Part shown: piece after piece, positions 48,525-58,577 of the stretch
Position numbering within the stretch: the stretch's first letter is position 1
Layout of the letters: each line of letters opens with the position of its first letter
Assembly (NCBI GenBank): GCA_964498245.1
Contig: CAZCGK010000001.1
Span: 36,581-100,580 of the forward strand
Direction: 5' to 3'
Origin: an uncultured archaeon
GTDB lineage: Archaea > Aenigmatarchaeota > Aenigmatarchaeia > QMZP01
DNA: 64,000 bases
Notes under the pieces: model-generated
Databases searched by the model: none
The model's input: only the letters and a program-made list of their open reading frames with translations
Told to the model about the DNA's origin: nothing
Program-made: the position numbers and the translations under genes

Positions 48525-49445
48525 ATGGGTCTGTGTATTATAGGTCAGGAAAAAAGTGAAAGCAATATAAAACTCTTGGAAGAGGCTAAAAAGGTTTTTG
48601 GTTCTGTGTTTTTTGTGCCGATAAACAGCATAAGGATAGGTCTGACTGATAAATTTTCTATATTTTACAGAACCACAGATCTTTTCAAATTCAAGGCTGT
48701 GCTTCCAAGAATATCAAGAAGCTATCATTCTTATGCTTATCAGCTTCTCTCGCTTTTTCCTCCAGATACATTCATGCCCATAAAACCCATAAGCTTTCTT
48801 TTATCTCAAGAGAGATTCTTTCTTTTAACAGTGTTGAGAAAAAGGGGTATACCTACCTTGAACCTTCATCTTTCCAGATCCACAAAAGCTGTAGAGAAGG
48901 TAATAGAGAATAAGGAGATATATCCTGTTATAATAAGAACACCTGAAAAGAAAACCGGTATTGTTGTTAAAAATAAGACAGAAGCAAAGACCGTGATAGA
49001 TGCGCTAACGCATCTGAAAAAGAATATTTTAATCGAAGAGGTTGTAAAAAACATGATATCTGTATATGTAGCTGATCCGTATGTTCTTGCTTCTGTTAAG
49101 AAAAAAGCCAAGGATATAGATATTGTTTTTGGAGAGGGTGAAATGAAAAATCAGAAAATAAATATAGAAACAGAACAGCTTGCATTGGATGCTGCAAGGG
49201 CTGTGGAGGCACAGATAGCAAGGATTGATATCTTTCCCGGAGAAACACCAAAGATTGTAAATATAGATCTCAATCCAGATCTCATAAAACCAAGTAAGGT
49301 CACAGGAATAAATCTTACTCAGAAAATCATAGAGGCTGTGGCAGAAAACTACAGGGAGCATCAGAAAAAACCACTGTTAATGAAATTCTTAGAGGATGCA
49401 AGATCGGTTGTGAAGGATGTGCTTAAAGGTAAACAGCTTCTTTAA
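48525..49445 (+). CDS. Degenerate RimK-like ATP-grasp protein
   Basis: VLPRI, GIPT..L, ILIEE, ARIDI resemble RimK, but Gly-rich loop and ExN are replaced (RTPEKKTG, NIDLNP). Confidence 0.7.
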   Translation: MGLCIIGQEKSESNIKLLEEAKKVFGSVFFVPINSIRIGLTDKFSIFYRTTDLFKFKAVLPRISRSYHSYAYQLLSLFPPDTFMPIKPISFLLSQERFFLLTVLRKRGIPTLNLHLSRSTKAVEKVIENKEIYPVIIRTPEKKTGIVVKNKTEAKTVIDALTHLKKNILIEEVVKNMISVYVADPYVLASVKKKAKDIDIVFGEGEMKNQKINIETEQLALDAARAVEAQIARIDIFPGETPKIVNIDLNPDLIKPSKVTGINLTQKIIEAVAENYREHQKKPLLMKFLEDARSVVKDVLKGKQLL

Positions 49446-50487
49446 CTCCTATCAAAGTTTCTATAGGAAAATCCATATCAAGAGAATTCATGAATTTCAT
49501 TTCCTTGAATCTTTCAAACATTTTATCGATTTGCGGATTGCTCAGTTTTCTGTAAAATTCTCTGAACATCATGCCCAATTCTATGTGTTTATTTATCTTT
49601 TCTGCACATTTTTCTTCATATTCTTTGAGAGCACCTTCAGAAAAATCTCCCTTTTCAAAGGCCTTGCTTGCGACTGAGGCTGCAATCTTCGCTGCGGTAA
49701 GACTGTATATCACACCCCCACCAGACCAAGGTTTAACCTGAGATGCGGCATCCCCTATCAAAAGGGTTCTTGTAAAATGTATCCTGTGGGTTCCCATGGG
49801 AATCGGTCCAGAGATTTTGGAGTAATTATCAAGATTGAAAAACCTTTCAAGAGTTCGAAAGCTCGGTTTTTTGGAAAGCATGCCGTATTCCGTTTTCGAG
49901 CCCCGTGGTATTTTCCATACAAACCCATCTGCACACAGTTTTTTATCAAACCATATCTCCACATATTTGGAATCATCTGGTTTATCTTCCAGAGCAATGA
50001 TGCCCGTCAGCATTTCTTTTGGTTTGACACCGAAATGTCTTCTTACTAGAGAATGAGGACCATCACAGCCGAATATAATTTCAGAAAATAAAGTATTATT
50101 TTGAGTTTTTACCACGGCTCTGTTTTTGTTTACAAATATAGACTTGGCTCTTGTATCAAGAAAGATTTCGGATTGCAGGTCTTCTGATAAGAATCTATCA
50201 AATTTTTCTCTGTTAACGACATACGCTGCTGTGTTCTTTTTTTCAAGCCTGATTGTTATTCCAGAAGGGGAATGAAGTATTGCTCCCTTTACCTTATGAT
50301 CGATCCATTCTCTGTTTAATTTTACAAATCTTTTGAGGTTTGTGGAGATAAGACCTGAACACTGCATGGGTTTTCCTATTTCTGAGTGCTCCTCCAGCAC
50401 TGCAACTTTGAAACCCATCTTCTCGCATAACTTTGCGGAGTACAATCCTGCTGGACCTGCACCTACAATAATTATGTCCCATTTCAT
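49423..50487 (-). CDS. Geranylgeranyl reductase family FAD oxidoreductase
   Basis: GAGPAG, P.QCSG, R.KFD, CDG, W.IP, GDAA.QVKP.SGGG. Confidence 0.88.
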   Translation of the reverse strand: MKWDIIIVGAGPAGLYSAKLCEKMGFKVAVLEEHSEIGKPMQCSGLISTNLKRFVKLNREWIDHKVKGAILHSPSGITIRLEKKNTAAYVVNREKFDRFLSEDLQSEIFLDTRAKSIFVNKNRAVVKTQNNTLFSEIIFGCDGPHSLVRRHFGVKPKEMLTGIIALEDKPDDSKYVEIWFDKKLCADGFVWKIPRGSKTEYGMLSKKPSFRTLERFFNLDNYSKISGPIPMGTHRIHFTRTLLIGDAASQVKPWSGGGVIYSLTAAKIAASVASKAFEKGDFSEGALKEYEEKCAEKINKHIELGMMFREFYRKLSNPQIDKMFERFKEMKFMNSLDMDFPIETLIGVKEAVYL

Positions 50488-50521
50488 GGAATAATTTTTG
50501 CTTGAAAGAAAATTTAAAACC

Positions 50522-52312
50522 TTATTTGCTCATACTTTCCACTATTCTTCCGTAAGCAGGTCTGGTTACAAGAACGCCTACAAGAACGCCTACAATAGTG
50601 GTTATTGCAAAACCCCGGAGAAAACCTATTCCACCGAGCAGTGGTGTCATTGCGGCTATGGTTGTGGCAGCTGCACCGAAGATTATGAAGAATGCTCTTT
50701 TTATGCTCTCTTTAATTGAATATATTTTTCTTTCCCTTCCTTTCATAAGAGTTTCATCTGCTATTATAATCATATGATCCATTCCTGTACCTATTGCCGC
50801 AAGGATACCGCCTATTGCTGGTAAATCTATTGTCCATCCTCCCATAAGGCCTAAAAGAGGAATGAGCAATGCTCCTATCCATGCATACACATCTACTTCA
50901 TACTTCTTCCACCATGCGGTTGAGATTATTATGAAATTTATGATCAGGATTATGGTCCAGATAAAATAATCATTAAGCGCAGCTATGCCCAAAATTATAA
51001 TTATTTCTGAAAGACCCACAAGAACCATGGGTATCGCGATTTTTAATTTTCTGTATCTTAAAAACACCAGCAAAATCACTGCGCATCCAGCAAGCAAAGC
51101 CGCATGCAACGTTGAAATGAAGAAATCCTTGCCAAGTACCGGAGAGATTATGCTTATGGATGCAATTTCAAGCCCTGTTGGTAAAGCACCTGATCGAAGT
51201 ATAGCTTGAAGCCTCAGTTTTTCCTCCACTGCTTCTTCCATAGTTTGTCTCCATCCTGTTATTTGAGGTGTATCAACAACCTTTCCGCTGAGATCAGATG
51301 ATATTCTCAGATCAGAAACAAGTTTTCCATCGAGATACAGGAAAATTTTAGATGTGAGGTACCTTTCACCTGTTTGGAGGTCTATATAGCTCGGCACACC
51401 GCTTGTTACATCTGCAAATCTCTTTGCTCCATCGTGCGATATAAGAACTGCAAAATAGAATCTGTAACCATTTGATGCTGGTACTACAGCAGACCTTTGC
51501 GGATCTGTGTATACAAGCTCTATATCATCACCTTCATAAACCTTTGCCAAGAAAAGAGCTTCGTTTGCGGTTGAATTGATGTACTCAAATTCTATGTTCT
51601 GGAGGACAAATTTTTCTCTTGGATCAATAACTGAATTGTTCACCACCACGCTTCCGTTGGCAAGCGTTGTAACATCATAGAAATTTGAACCGAGCTGGAT
51701 GCTTCCCTTTCCGTTGGTAATGCTCACGGGCTTGGAAACCTTTGCTTCGAACTTTCCTTCTGTTGATAGGAGTTCTTCTATTACATTACCCTTAACCCCA
51801 GCCATTTCTATCTGCACATAATAATTCCCATCTATTCCTCTTACAGGATAAAAATGCATTTCCTTCAGACCATAAAGATTTGCACGTGTTTGCAGGGTTG
51901 ATATTATCTGATCTATCATATCTTTTGTTGCGTTTTCCTTTGGTTTAAGCAAAATCCTTGTTCCTCCTTTCAGGTCAAGACCAAAATCAATATTTGTTCT
52001 TTCTATATCAACAACATATATTCCTAAACTCTCATTTACATTTAATGTATATCTTTTTCCGTTCGCTATCAATGTGATGTTTCCTGATATATTTGAAATC
52101 ATTTTATTCCAGGATTCCACATTCTTTACTTGTTTATCATTGAGTTGTGTTATTATCATTCCCTGTTCCAGAACACCCCTTGCTGGAGAATCCTTTGCAA
52201 TATAGGCTATCTCAACACCGTTTCTGCCATAGGGATATGCTTTCATGCCTATTGCGAGAATCGAACCGAATACTATTGTTGCGAGTATGACAACACGCCA
52301 GTAGTTGAGCAT
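50522..52312 (-). CDS. secD: Protein translocase subunit SecD (with PDZ-like insert)
   Basis: FGLDLKGGT, LRSGALP, LPAIGG..AIGTGMD, LRGFAIT. Confidence 0.92.
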   Translation of the reverse strand: MLNYWRVVILATIVFGSILAIGMKAYPYGRNGVEIAYIAKDSPARGVLEQGMIITQLNDKQVKNVESWNKMISNISGNITLIANGKRYTLNVNESLGIYVVDIERTNIDFGLDLKGGTRILLKPKENATKDMIDQIISTLQTRANLYGLKEMHFYPVRGIDGNYYVQIEMAGVKGNVIEELLSTEGKFEAKVSKPVSITNGKGSIQLGSNFYDVTTLANGSVVVNNSVIDPREKFVLQNIEFEYINSTANEALFLAKVYEGDDIELVYTDPQRSAVVPASNGYRFYFAVLISHDGAKRFADVTSGVPSYIDLQTGERYLTSKIFLYLDGKLVSDLRISSDLSGKVVDTPQITGWRQTMEEAVEEKLRLQAILRSGALPTGLEIASISIISPVLGKDFFISTLHAALLAGCAVILLVFLRYRKLKIAIPMVLVGLSEIIIILGIAALNDYFIWTIILIINFIIISTAWWKKYEVDVYAWIGALLIPLLGLMGGWTIDLPAIGGILAAIGTGMDHMIIIADETLMKGRERKIYSIKESIKRAFFIIFGAAATTIAAMTPLLGGIGFLRGFAITTIVGVLVGVLVTRPAYGRIVESMSK

Positions 52313-52313
52313 A

Positions 52314-53162
52314 TTATGACCTCCTTTTCACATAGAGTTTGATTATTGTTGCGTTTTGAAGCCAGGTATTGATCAGATCTATTACAAGACCGATGATAAG
52401 AACCGAAGCTATCTGGATTAGGATTCTCGAAGAAGAGAGTAAGATCACTGCGGTCAGTGCTGCAAGAGTTGTTCCTGTCATTGTTATACCGGTCTTAAAT
52501 GCGGATTTTACTCTCTCATCTATTTCCATTTCCTCTTTTAGAACTCTTGTGGTAAGGAGTATATCTGTGTCTATGGAATAACCTATGAGCATTAGTATTG
52601 CCGCAAAGCTGGCCAGAGACATGGGTATGCTCAAAATCTGCATGAAAGCAAGGGTAACGATGATATCGGATATAGCTGCAAGCATGACAGCAAATGAGGG
52701 AACAAACGTGCGGAAGATGAAAAAAACTATCAATCCCATGAAAATAAATGCTATGCTTATGCTTATTTGTGCCTGGCGCCAGAAGGATTCTCCTAAAGAT
52801 GGACCTATGGTTTCTATTGAAAAATCACTCACATCAATTCCTATGGTTTTAATCCTTTCTATGATCTGGGTTGCATTTTTATTGTGTTCTGTTTCTATCA
52901 GAATCGTATGGCCAGAAAGGCTTCGAAGTTCTCTTATTAAAACATTGCCTTCCTCACCGAGAACGGTTTCTATTCTTTTTATATCTGGAGGTGTTGGGGT
53001 GTTTATGGTTATTAACATTCCTCCCTTTAATTCTATTGATCTTTCAAACCAGTCACCTGTGGATATATAATGGTTTACAAGTATAAAGATCGAAAAAAGT
53101 AAGAGAGCTACAGGAATGGCCAACGAAATTACATATTTCCAGTTTTCTAATGAGATTTTCAT
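52314..53162 (-). CDS. secF: Protein translocase subunit SecF
   Basis: SIELKGG, IGPSLG, LIGYSIDTDILLT, NTW..N. Confidence 0.93.
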   Translation of the reverse strand: MKISLENWKYVISLAIPVALLLFSIFILVNHYISTGDWFERSIELKGGMLITINTPTPPDIKRIETVLGEEGNVLIRELRSLSGHTILIETEHNKNATQIIERIKTIGIDVSDFSIETIGPSLGESFWRQAQISISIAFIFMGLIVFFIFRTFVPSFAVMLAAISDIIVTLAFMQILSIPMSLASFAAILMLIGYSIDTDILLTTRVLKEEMEIDERVKSAFKTGITMTGTTLAALTAVILLSSSRILIQIASVLIIGLVIDLINTWLQNATIIKLYVKRRS

Positions 53163-53178
53163 GGAGGATCACTTTGTT

Positions 53179-56100
53179 TTAGAAGGATGAGAACTCCCAC
53201 AGTTTTTTCTGTTTTTCCCTTTTGAAAAATTTCTTTATTCTTTCCTTGAAGTTTTTGGTGTAGGAGTATTCCAAAGATCTGTGTTTCACGTAGTCTCCTG
53301 TATAAGCCAGCGGTCCTGAAGGTATGTTTTCTTTATCGGACTTCGATGCTCCTTTTCTTGTAATTCTCAGGGATTTCATTCTTGTTGTGAATCTTTTTAT
53401 AAGTTCAGAACTGTCTTTTACCGGTTTGTATCCGTATTTTGGATGATATCCTTTATGGGAGAGGAATATATAATAAACGAAAAATATCACAATTATTGCT
53501 ATAAAGATTATGAGTGTCCATATTAACCATTCAGAGGTTCCTTTTACAGTTGTGCCTCCTTTGATTTTTTGAAAGGGTTTCAGAAGTTCCTTTGTTGCAT
53601 TAAGTTTATCCCCTATCAGGGAAATCAGGGATTGTGCGGTAACATAGTCCTTGTTCGTAAGAGAAACGTTTGCTTTTTTCAGCAAATCCTCTATCTCTGT
53701 TATCAAACTCTTCGCCTTTGTGATATTTGTGTTGTTTTCAAACTCCTTTTCGGATTTTAAAGATTCAAGAAGTGATTTCAGTGACTCAAATTCTTCAAAA
53801 TAATTTAAGAGTGTACTGTTTATCTCCTCTATTGTTTCATCCGTGGGTATAATCTTGAGGGTGAAGGCCTTTTCGTCACTTATATCCTCATTTCCTTTCT
53901 TGTATGCTTTGAATGTTCCTATATAATTACCAACCTCTATATCTGATTGTATTGACATGTTTATGGTGAATTCTGTTTCTTCTCCGATAGCAAGGGTTTT
54001 CTCTTCAGGTGTAACAGTAAAGCTTTCAATATATGGAACCACAACGGTTGCTTTTGCTGTGAGACTCAAATTTCCTGTATTCTTTACCTTTACTTTTGCC
54101 AAAACCCATTCACCTGGGTGTGCAATAAGCTCTGAGGGATAATCGGTTATTTCAATTGCATAAGGTGAAAATGATGAGGAGGGTTGGTTTGTGCTTGTCT
54201 GATCTGTGGTTTGTGTGGTTGATTGGTTTCCTGAATCAAGGACCGTGAAGGTGTAGTCAGCATAGTTATAGTAGAGCCTGCTGTCTGCATCCCTTCCTGT
54301 GACATTTATATAGAAATGTTTAGTTCCTGTGGATGTTGCTTCAACCTTTATACCTATGCATGCTGTTGAGTTGCTTTTTCCAGCACCAAGTGAGGTTATG
54401 TTCCAGCAGTGACCCCATGATATGAGAGAAATGGTCACACCAGAGTTTGAATCTGTCCAGTATTTTATCTCGATATTGCTTGCGGGTTTGTTTCCTGTAT
54501 TGGATATTGTGATATTGACTATTTGATATGCGCTTGAACCACCCTGAAGATCAAGGTCGTAAAGGCCTATGGGATTTGAACCCAGTCTTGGGGCTGTTAG
54601 GTTGAAGGTTAAGCTTGATATTCCTGTGTAGTTGTTCTTTGTGATGTTCAGTTTGAGTGTATATATTCCTGGCTGGATGAAACCATTTGCCAGATTTGGG
54701 GCTGTTAGGTTAAACCAGTAATAACCTGAGGAGTTGCCTGTAGCGGAGAGTGTGTAGGTTCTTCCTGAGCTTGGAGAGGTTTCGGAAATCTCGAAGTTCA
54801 GTGATATGTTCAGATCTGTTGCTGGCTCACCGTTTGCGTAAGTCACCGAAATATTGAAAAATACCTGTTCATTGGGATCAACCTTTGCTGGATAGGAGGA
54901 GTTTATCCACGAAGCCCAGCCATAGGAGTTTATAACCGTGATATTGTAACCCACTATTGTTTCGTTATTGAGGATATTGTTGGAGGTTGTTGCCTCGCTC
55001 TCATTTGTTGAAATCTCGGCTGTGATTGTGTGAGAGCCGAATGTAACATAGCTTGTGTTTATCACATCATAGAAGATTACAGTGTATTTTGAACCGTTAG
55101 TGAGACTCTCTGCAGGTATTTCATATGTTCCGTTTATAACTCTATTTGTATATCCATCCCATTTCAGGACCAGAGTTACATTATTGCTTATATTGAAGTC
55201 TCCTGTGTTATTAACTGTAACTGTAATGGTTATCTTGCTTCCTTGAGTTGTGCGATTGTCATTCGGGGATACGCCTGTGGAGTTCCAGATTATGGACTCT
55301 ATTGCAAGGTCTGGGTAAACACCGAATACTGCAAAGGCTGTTGCTGTATAATTCGCATCAGAGCAGTTGATCGTGATGTTATGGGTGGTGCCTGGTGTTA
55401 AACCTGTATGAATTAAGCTGTATGGGGTTGCGTTTGCAACAGAAGCATTGTAGGAATAGTTTCCATCTATATAGATTGAACAGTTCATTGTAGGGGCAAC
55501 GGCATCCGTGGCTGTGAAGCTTATGTTAATGTAGCTCCTGCTTATGTTCGTGTTGTTTACCGGGGAGGTTATGGTTACGGATGGAGCTGTGGTTTCGATT
55601 ATTGCAATCCAACTTCCGTTCCAGCCGAGATTTCCGAAGGTGTCATTCACATAAACAGAATATGTATAAATACCGTCCGTGAGGTTTGTTAGATTATACC
55701 AGCAGTACCTTTCGGTCTTGTTTATATTCATGGTATAGTTTGTTTGGTTGTTCCACTCAAGCAGGCATGAATCCGGATTGACCTCAGAGAATGTTATGTT
55801 TATTAAAATCCAGGTTTTGGCTGTATAGGAGTTGTTTGCAGGGGTTGGTGGGGAGGGGATTATGTTTGTGGGAGGGAAATCGTCTACATCTATTGTTATA
55901 TTTCGTATCTCGGATTGATTTTCGTTGGCGCCATCGGAACACGTTATCCACCAGAGGTATGTTCCGTTAATGAGGGGTGTATTAGCCGTTATAGTTGTGG
56001 GTGTATCGTTCAAAACAGAGGAGTTGGTTCCATATGCATCACTATCTGTTCCATTCTTCAAGTAAAGTGTGCATGATAATAGAGATGCGAAATTGTCTGT

Positions 56101-56943
56101 TACATTGAATGTGAAAGAAGGCGTTCTTGTTGAATTTATTACCGTGTTATTTGCAGGGGACTGGAGATTGATTAAGGGATATTGTCTGTCTAAGGTTACA
56201 AACCATGTTCCGTTCCAGCCTGTGTTTCCTGAAGTATCATTTATGTATACTGAATAATAATGAATGCCTTCGCTCTGATTCGTGGCATTGAAGTAGCAGG
56301 CATAGTTTCCGAGCATGGTCATGGTGTAGTTTGCTTGGGTTCCGTTGTTGAGTTCGAGTATGCATGTATCTGGATTCACCTCAGTAAAGGTTATGTTTAT
56401 TTCGAAGTAATCAGCATTGATAACCGAATTGTTTGCAGGGGTTGGTGGGGAGGGGATTATATTTGCAGGGGGAATTGTATCCAAAACCGTGATTGTGAGA
56501 TTGGTAGAGTTTATCGAGTTATCCGTGAATTTTACGGTTAGTGTGAAATTGTATGTGCCTGTTCCTGAAGGAACGGAAACATTGAACAGAAAATATTCTT
56601 CTGTACCGTTCTGGATAAATCCTGAAGAGGTTGTATTTGTCCATGTTAGGTTTGGGGAGACCGTATAAAAGGATGTGTCTGCAGCAGAGGTTTGGTTGGA
56701 TTCAGAGATAAAGGAAAAGCCTGAAGGGAGTGTTATGTTGACCTCTGTAATATTTAGTTGAGGATCCGTGTTATTAACCGTGAAATTGAGCTGCTCGGTT
56801 GTTCCGGATTCCAGTGTTGTATTTGTGATCTGTGAAGAGAAATTGGATGCATGAATTGAGACAAGGAAAGTTAAAATTGTCATTAAAATGCTAACAGTTA
56901 TTATTCTTCCTCTCTTAGCCAATCCTTTCATCAGCTTCCCCAC
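53179..56943 (-). CDS. Large surface glycoprotein with Ig-like/CARDB-like domains and C-terminal TM anchor
   Basis: Signal peptide, dense NxS/T sequons, duplicated IIPSPPTPANNS domain, PDLAI..V.N.G CARDB-like motif, helical stalk, TM helix, basic tail. Confidence 0.8.
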   Translation of the reverse strand: MGKLMKGLAKRGRIITVSILMTILTFLVSIHASNFSSQITNTTLESGTTEQLNFTVNNTDPQLNITEVNITLPSGFSFISESNQTSAADTSFYTVSPNLTWTNTTSSGFIQNGTEEYFLFNVSVPSGTGTYNFTLTVKFTDNSINSTNLTITVLDTIPPANIIPSPPTPANNSVINADYFEINITFTEVNPDTCILELNNGTQANYTMTMLGNYACYFNATNQSEGIHYYSVYINDTSGNTGWNGTWFVTLDRQYPLINLQSPANNTVINSTRTPSFTFNVTDNFASLLSCTLYLKNGTDSDAYGTNSSVLNDTPTTITANTPLINGTYLWWITCSDGANENQSEIRNITIDVDDFPPTNIIPSPPTPANNSYTAKTWILINITFSEVNPDSCLLEWNNQTNYTMNINKTERYCWYNLTNLTDGIYTYSVYVNDTFGNLGWNGSWIAIIETTAPSVTITSPVNNTNISRSYINISFTATDAVAPTMNCSIYIDGNYSYNASVANATPYSLIHTGLTPGTTHNITINCSDANYTATAFAVFGVYPDLAIESIIWNSTGVSPNDNRTTQGSKITITVTVNNTGDFNISNNVTLVLKWDGYTNRVINGTYEIPAESLTNGSKYTVIFYDVINTSYVTFGSHTITAEISTNESEATTSNNILNNETIVGYNITVINSYGWASWINSSYPAKVDPNEQVFFNISVTYANGEPATDLNISLNFEISETSPSSGRTYTLSATGNSSGYYWFNLTAPNLANGFIQPGIYTLKLNITKNNYTGISSLTFNLTAPRLGSNPIGLYDLDLQGGSSAYQIVNITISNTGNKPASNIEIKYWTDSNSGVTISLISWGHCWNITSLGAGKSNSTACIGIKVEATSTGTKHFYINVTGRDADSRLYYNYADYTFTVLDSGNQSTTQTTDQTSTNQPSSSFSPYAIEITDYPSELIAHPGEWVLAKVKVKNTGNLSLTAKATVVVPYIESFTVTPEEKTLAIGEETEFTINMSIQSDIEVGNYIGTFKAYKKGNEDISDEKAFTLKIIPTDETIEEINSTLLNYFEEFESLKSLLESLKSEKEFENNTNITKAKSLITEIEDLLKKANVSLTNKDYVTAQSLISLIGDKLNATKELLKPFQKIKGGTTVKGTSEWLIWTLIIFIAIIVIFFVYYIFLSHKGYHPKYGYKPVKDSSELIKRFTTRMKSLRITRKGASKSDKENIPSGPLAYTGDYVKHRSLEYSYTKNFKERIKKFFKREKQKKLWEFSSF

Positions 56944-57021
56944 AACGATTAAAAAATTCTCACTTTTGTTTGAGTGTTATAATAAAAATGTTTCGTTAAT
57001 ATATAAACTTTAGACAAAGAA

Positions 57022-57717
57022 TTATTCTGCCATTTTTCTGAACTTTTCTGTAAGTTTTCCGTATCTATCCCAGTAATCTCTTGTGTAGTTCAATACCTTT
57101 ACATCACCTATTTTTCCCTTGTCTGAAAGTTCTTTTATACATGCTTCAAGATCTGTACACATCCTTCGAAACTCCATTATTGCAGCAGCCCTTTCTTCGC
57201 TTCCCGGCGGGGCCTTTTTTATTGTGTCAAGTATTCCTTCCAATTTTTTGAATCTGTCTTCTATTTTCTTTCTTAGGTCCTCTTCCTCCTTGGTTATGAT
57301 ATCCAGCATCTTTCTTCTTACAAAATCTCCCATGGCGTTTTTCATACCTCTGGAAACATTCCCGCCTCCACCAGAGGCAGGAGCCATTCTATGCAGTACA
57401 GCCCAGAAACCCCCAAGGAGAATTACAGCGATGAACCAGAATCTGCTTATGTTTAGAAAGATATGATACCAGCCTTGAAAGATTATAAAGAGAAAAATGG
57501 CTATGCTTACAAGGAGGGTGAATTTTGTATTGCCTGTTCTTTGCGATATACCGCTACCGAGAATGTGAACAAAAAGTATCAGAAAAACCATGGGGAAAAA
57601 AAGAAAAAAAACCATCTGCTGTGCTGGGTCCGGATAGGAGTTTATGAAACTCTGACATTCTGAAGCTGTACCCTGCTGGCAAAGAATATCTACAAGAAGA
57701 TCAAGGAGTTCAACCAT
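57022..57717 (-). CDS. Membrane protein with C-terminal helical domain
   Basis: Three hydrophobic segments, then Gly linker and coiled region. Confidence 0.75.
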   Translation of the reverse strand: MVELLDLLVDILCQQGTASECQSFINSYPDPAQQMVFFLFFPMVFLILFVHILGSGISQRTGNTKFTLLVSIAIFLFIIFQGWYHIFLNISRFWFIAVILLGGFWAVLHRMAPASGGGGNVSRGMKNAMGDFVRRKMLDIITKEEEDLRKKIEDRFKKLEGILDTIKKAPPGSEERAAAIMEFRRMCTDLEACIKELSDKGKIGDVKVLNYTRDYWDRYGKLTEKFRKMAE

Positions 57718-57765
57718 ATTTATAGTTATATGTGAAGAAATAAATATTCTTGCGAGTATCGTGAA

Positions 57766-58503
57766 TTAAGGTAATTCTTTAATTTTATCCGTTATGTATT
57801 TTGAAAGACCCGGAGATGCTTTCAAATCAACTCCTGCATAGTTCTTGAGAAAAGCCCCTATTGTGTTGTTGAACATCCAGGCAAGCCCCTCTTCTATTTT
57901 GTTTCCCACATCTCCTGCAATTGTAAGAGCCCATTCCGTTCTGTTCTGTCTAGACTGTGATTCCTGATACCTTCTTATCATGTCTTTCATAACTTGGTGA
58001 TGTTCCTGAGCAAAATCGTTCAGGTATTGCATTATCTGCCTTTCCAGAAATGCTTCATAGCCCTTTTCTGCAAGATCTCTTACTTCTTTATTATTCACTG
58101 ATTTGAGATATTCCAGTGCTTTTCCTGTAAGATATTCTATTACTTCTTCATTTTCCTCTTCTGGGAATATTGTATGTATCTTTTCGTGAACATAGGTAAG
58201 AATTCTCTTTCCCTCGTCTTTTTCAATTTCGCTATCAAGGAATATTTCATATTCTCTAAGAGACCCGTCTTCACCGCATTTAATATCTACATATCCATCG
58301 AGTTTCTTTCCTGTTTTCTCATCCCTGAGATTATGTTTGGTTTTGTAGGGTTTTTCCCCCTGAGATATTCTCCATAGGTCTGTATATATTTCATCCATTC
58401 CTTTTTCAAGAAGCAGTTTCTCTCTGCCTGAATTTATGCCGGATATCGGCATATCATCTGAATACAGGTCTTGAAGGTGAAGTTTGAATTTCATAATTGT
58501 CAC
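57766..58503 (-). CDS. Hypothetical protein with HEXXH (zincin-like) motif
   Basis: YVHEKIH..EE..IE. Confidence 0.6.
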   Translation of the reverse strand: MTIMKFKLHLQDLYSDDMPISGINSGREKLLLEKGMDEIYTDLWRISQGEKPYKTKHNLRDEKTGKKLDGYVDIKCGEDGSLREYEIFLDSEIEKDEGKRILTYVHEKIHTIFPEEENEEVIEYLTGKALEYLKSVNNKEVRDLAEKGYEAFLERQIMQYLNDFAQEHHQVMKDMIRRYQESQSRQNRTEWALTIAGDVGNKIEEGLAWMFNNTIGAFLKNYAGVDLKASPGLSKYITDKIKELP

Positions 58504-58577
58504 TGATAAATAGTGACAATATCGTATTTAAATGCTTTTCTATACTGCAATATAGATTATAGAATGATGATAAAGAA

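Noticed and set aside
50568..50594. 12-bp tandem repeat acaagaacgcct
   Set aside because: Encodes GVLVGVLV in a SecD TM helix; too short to be meaningful
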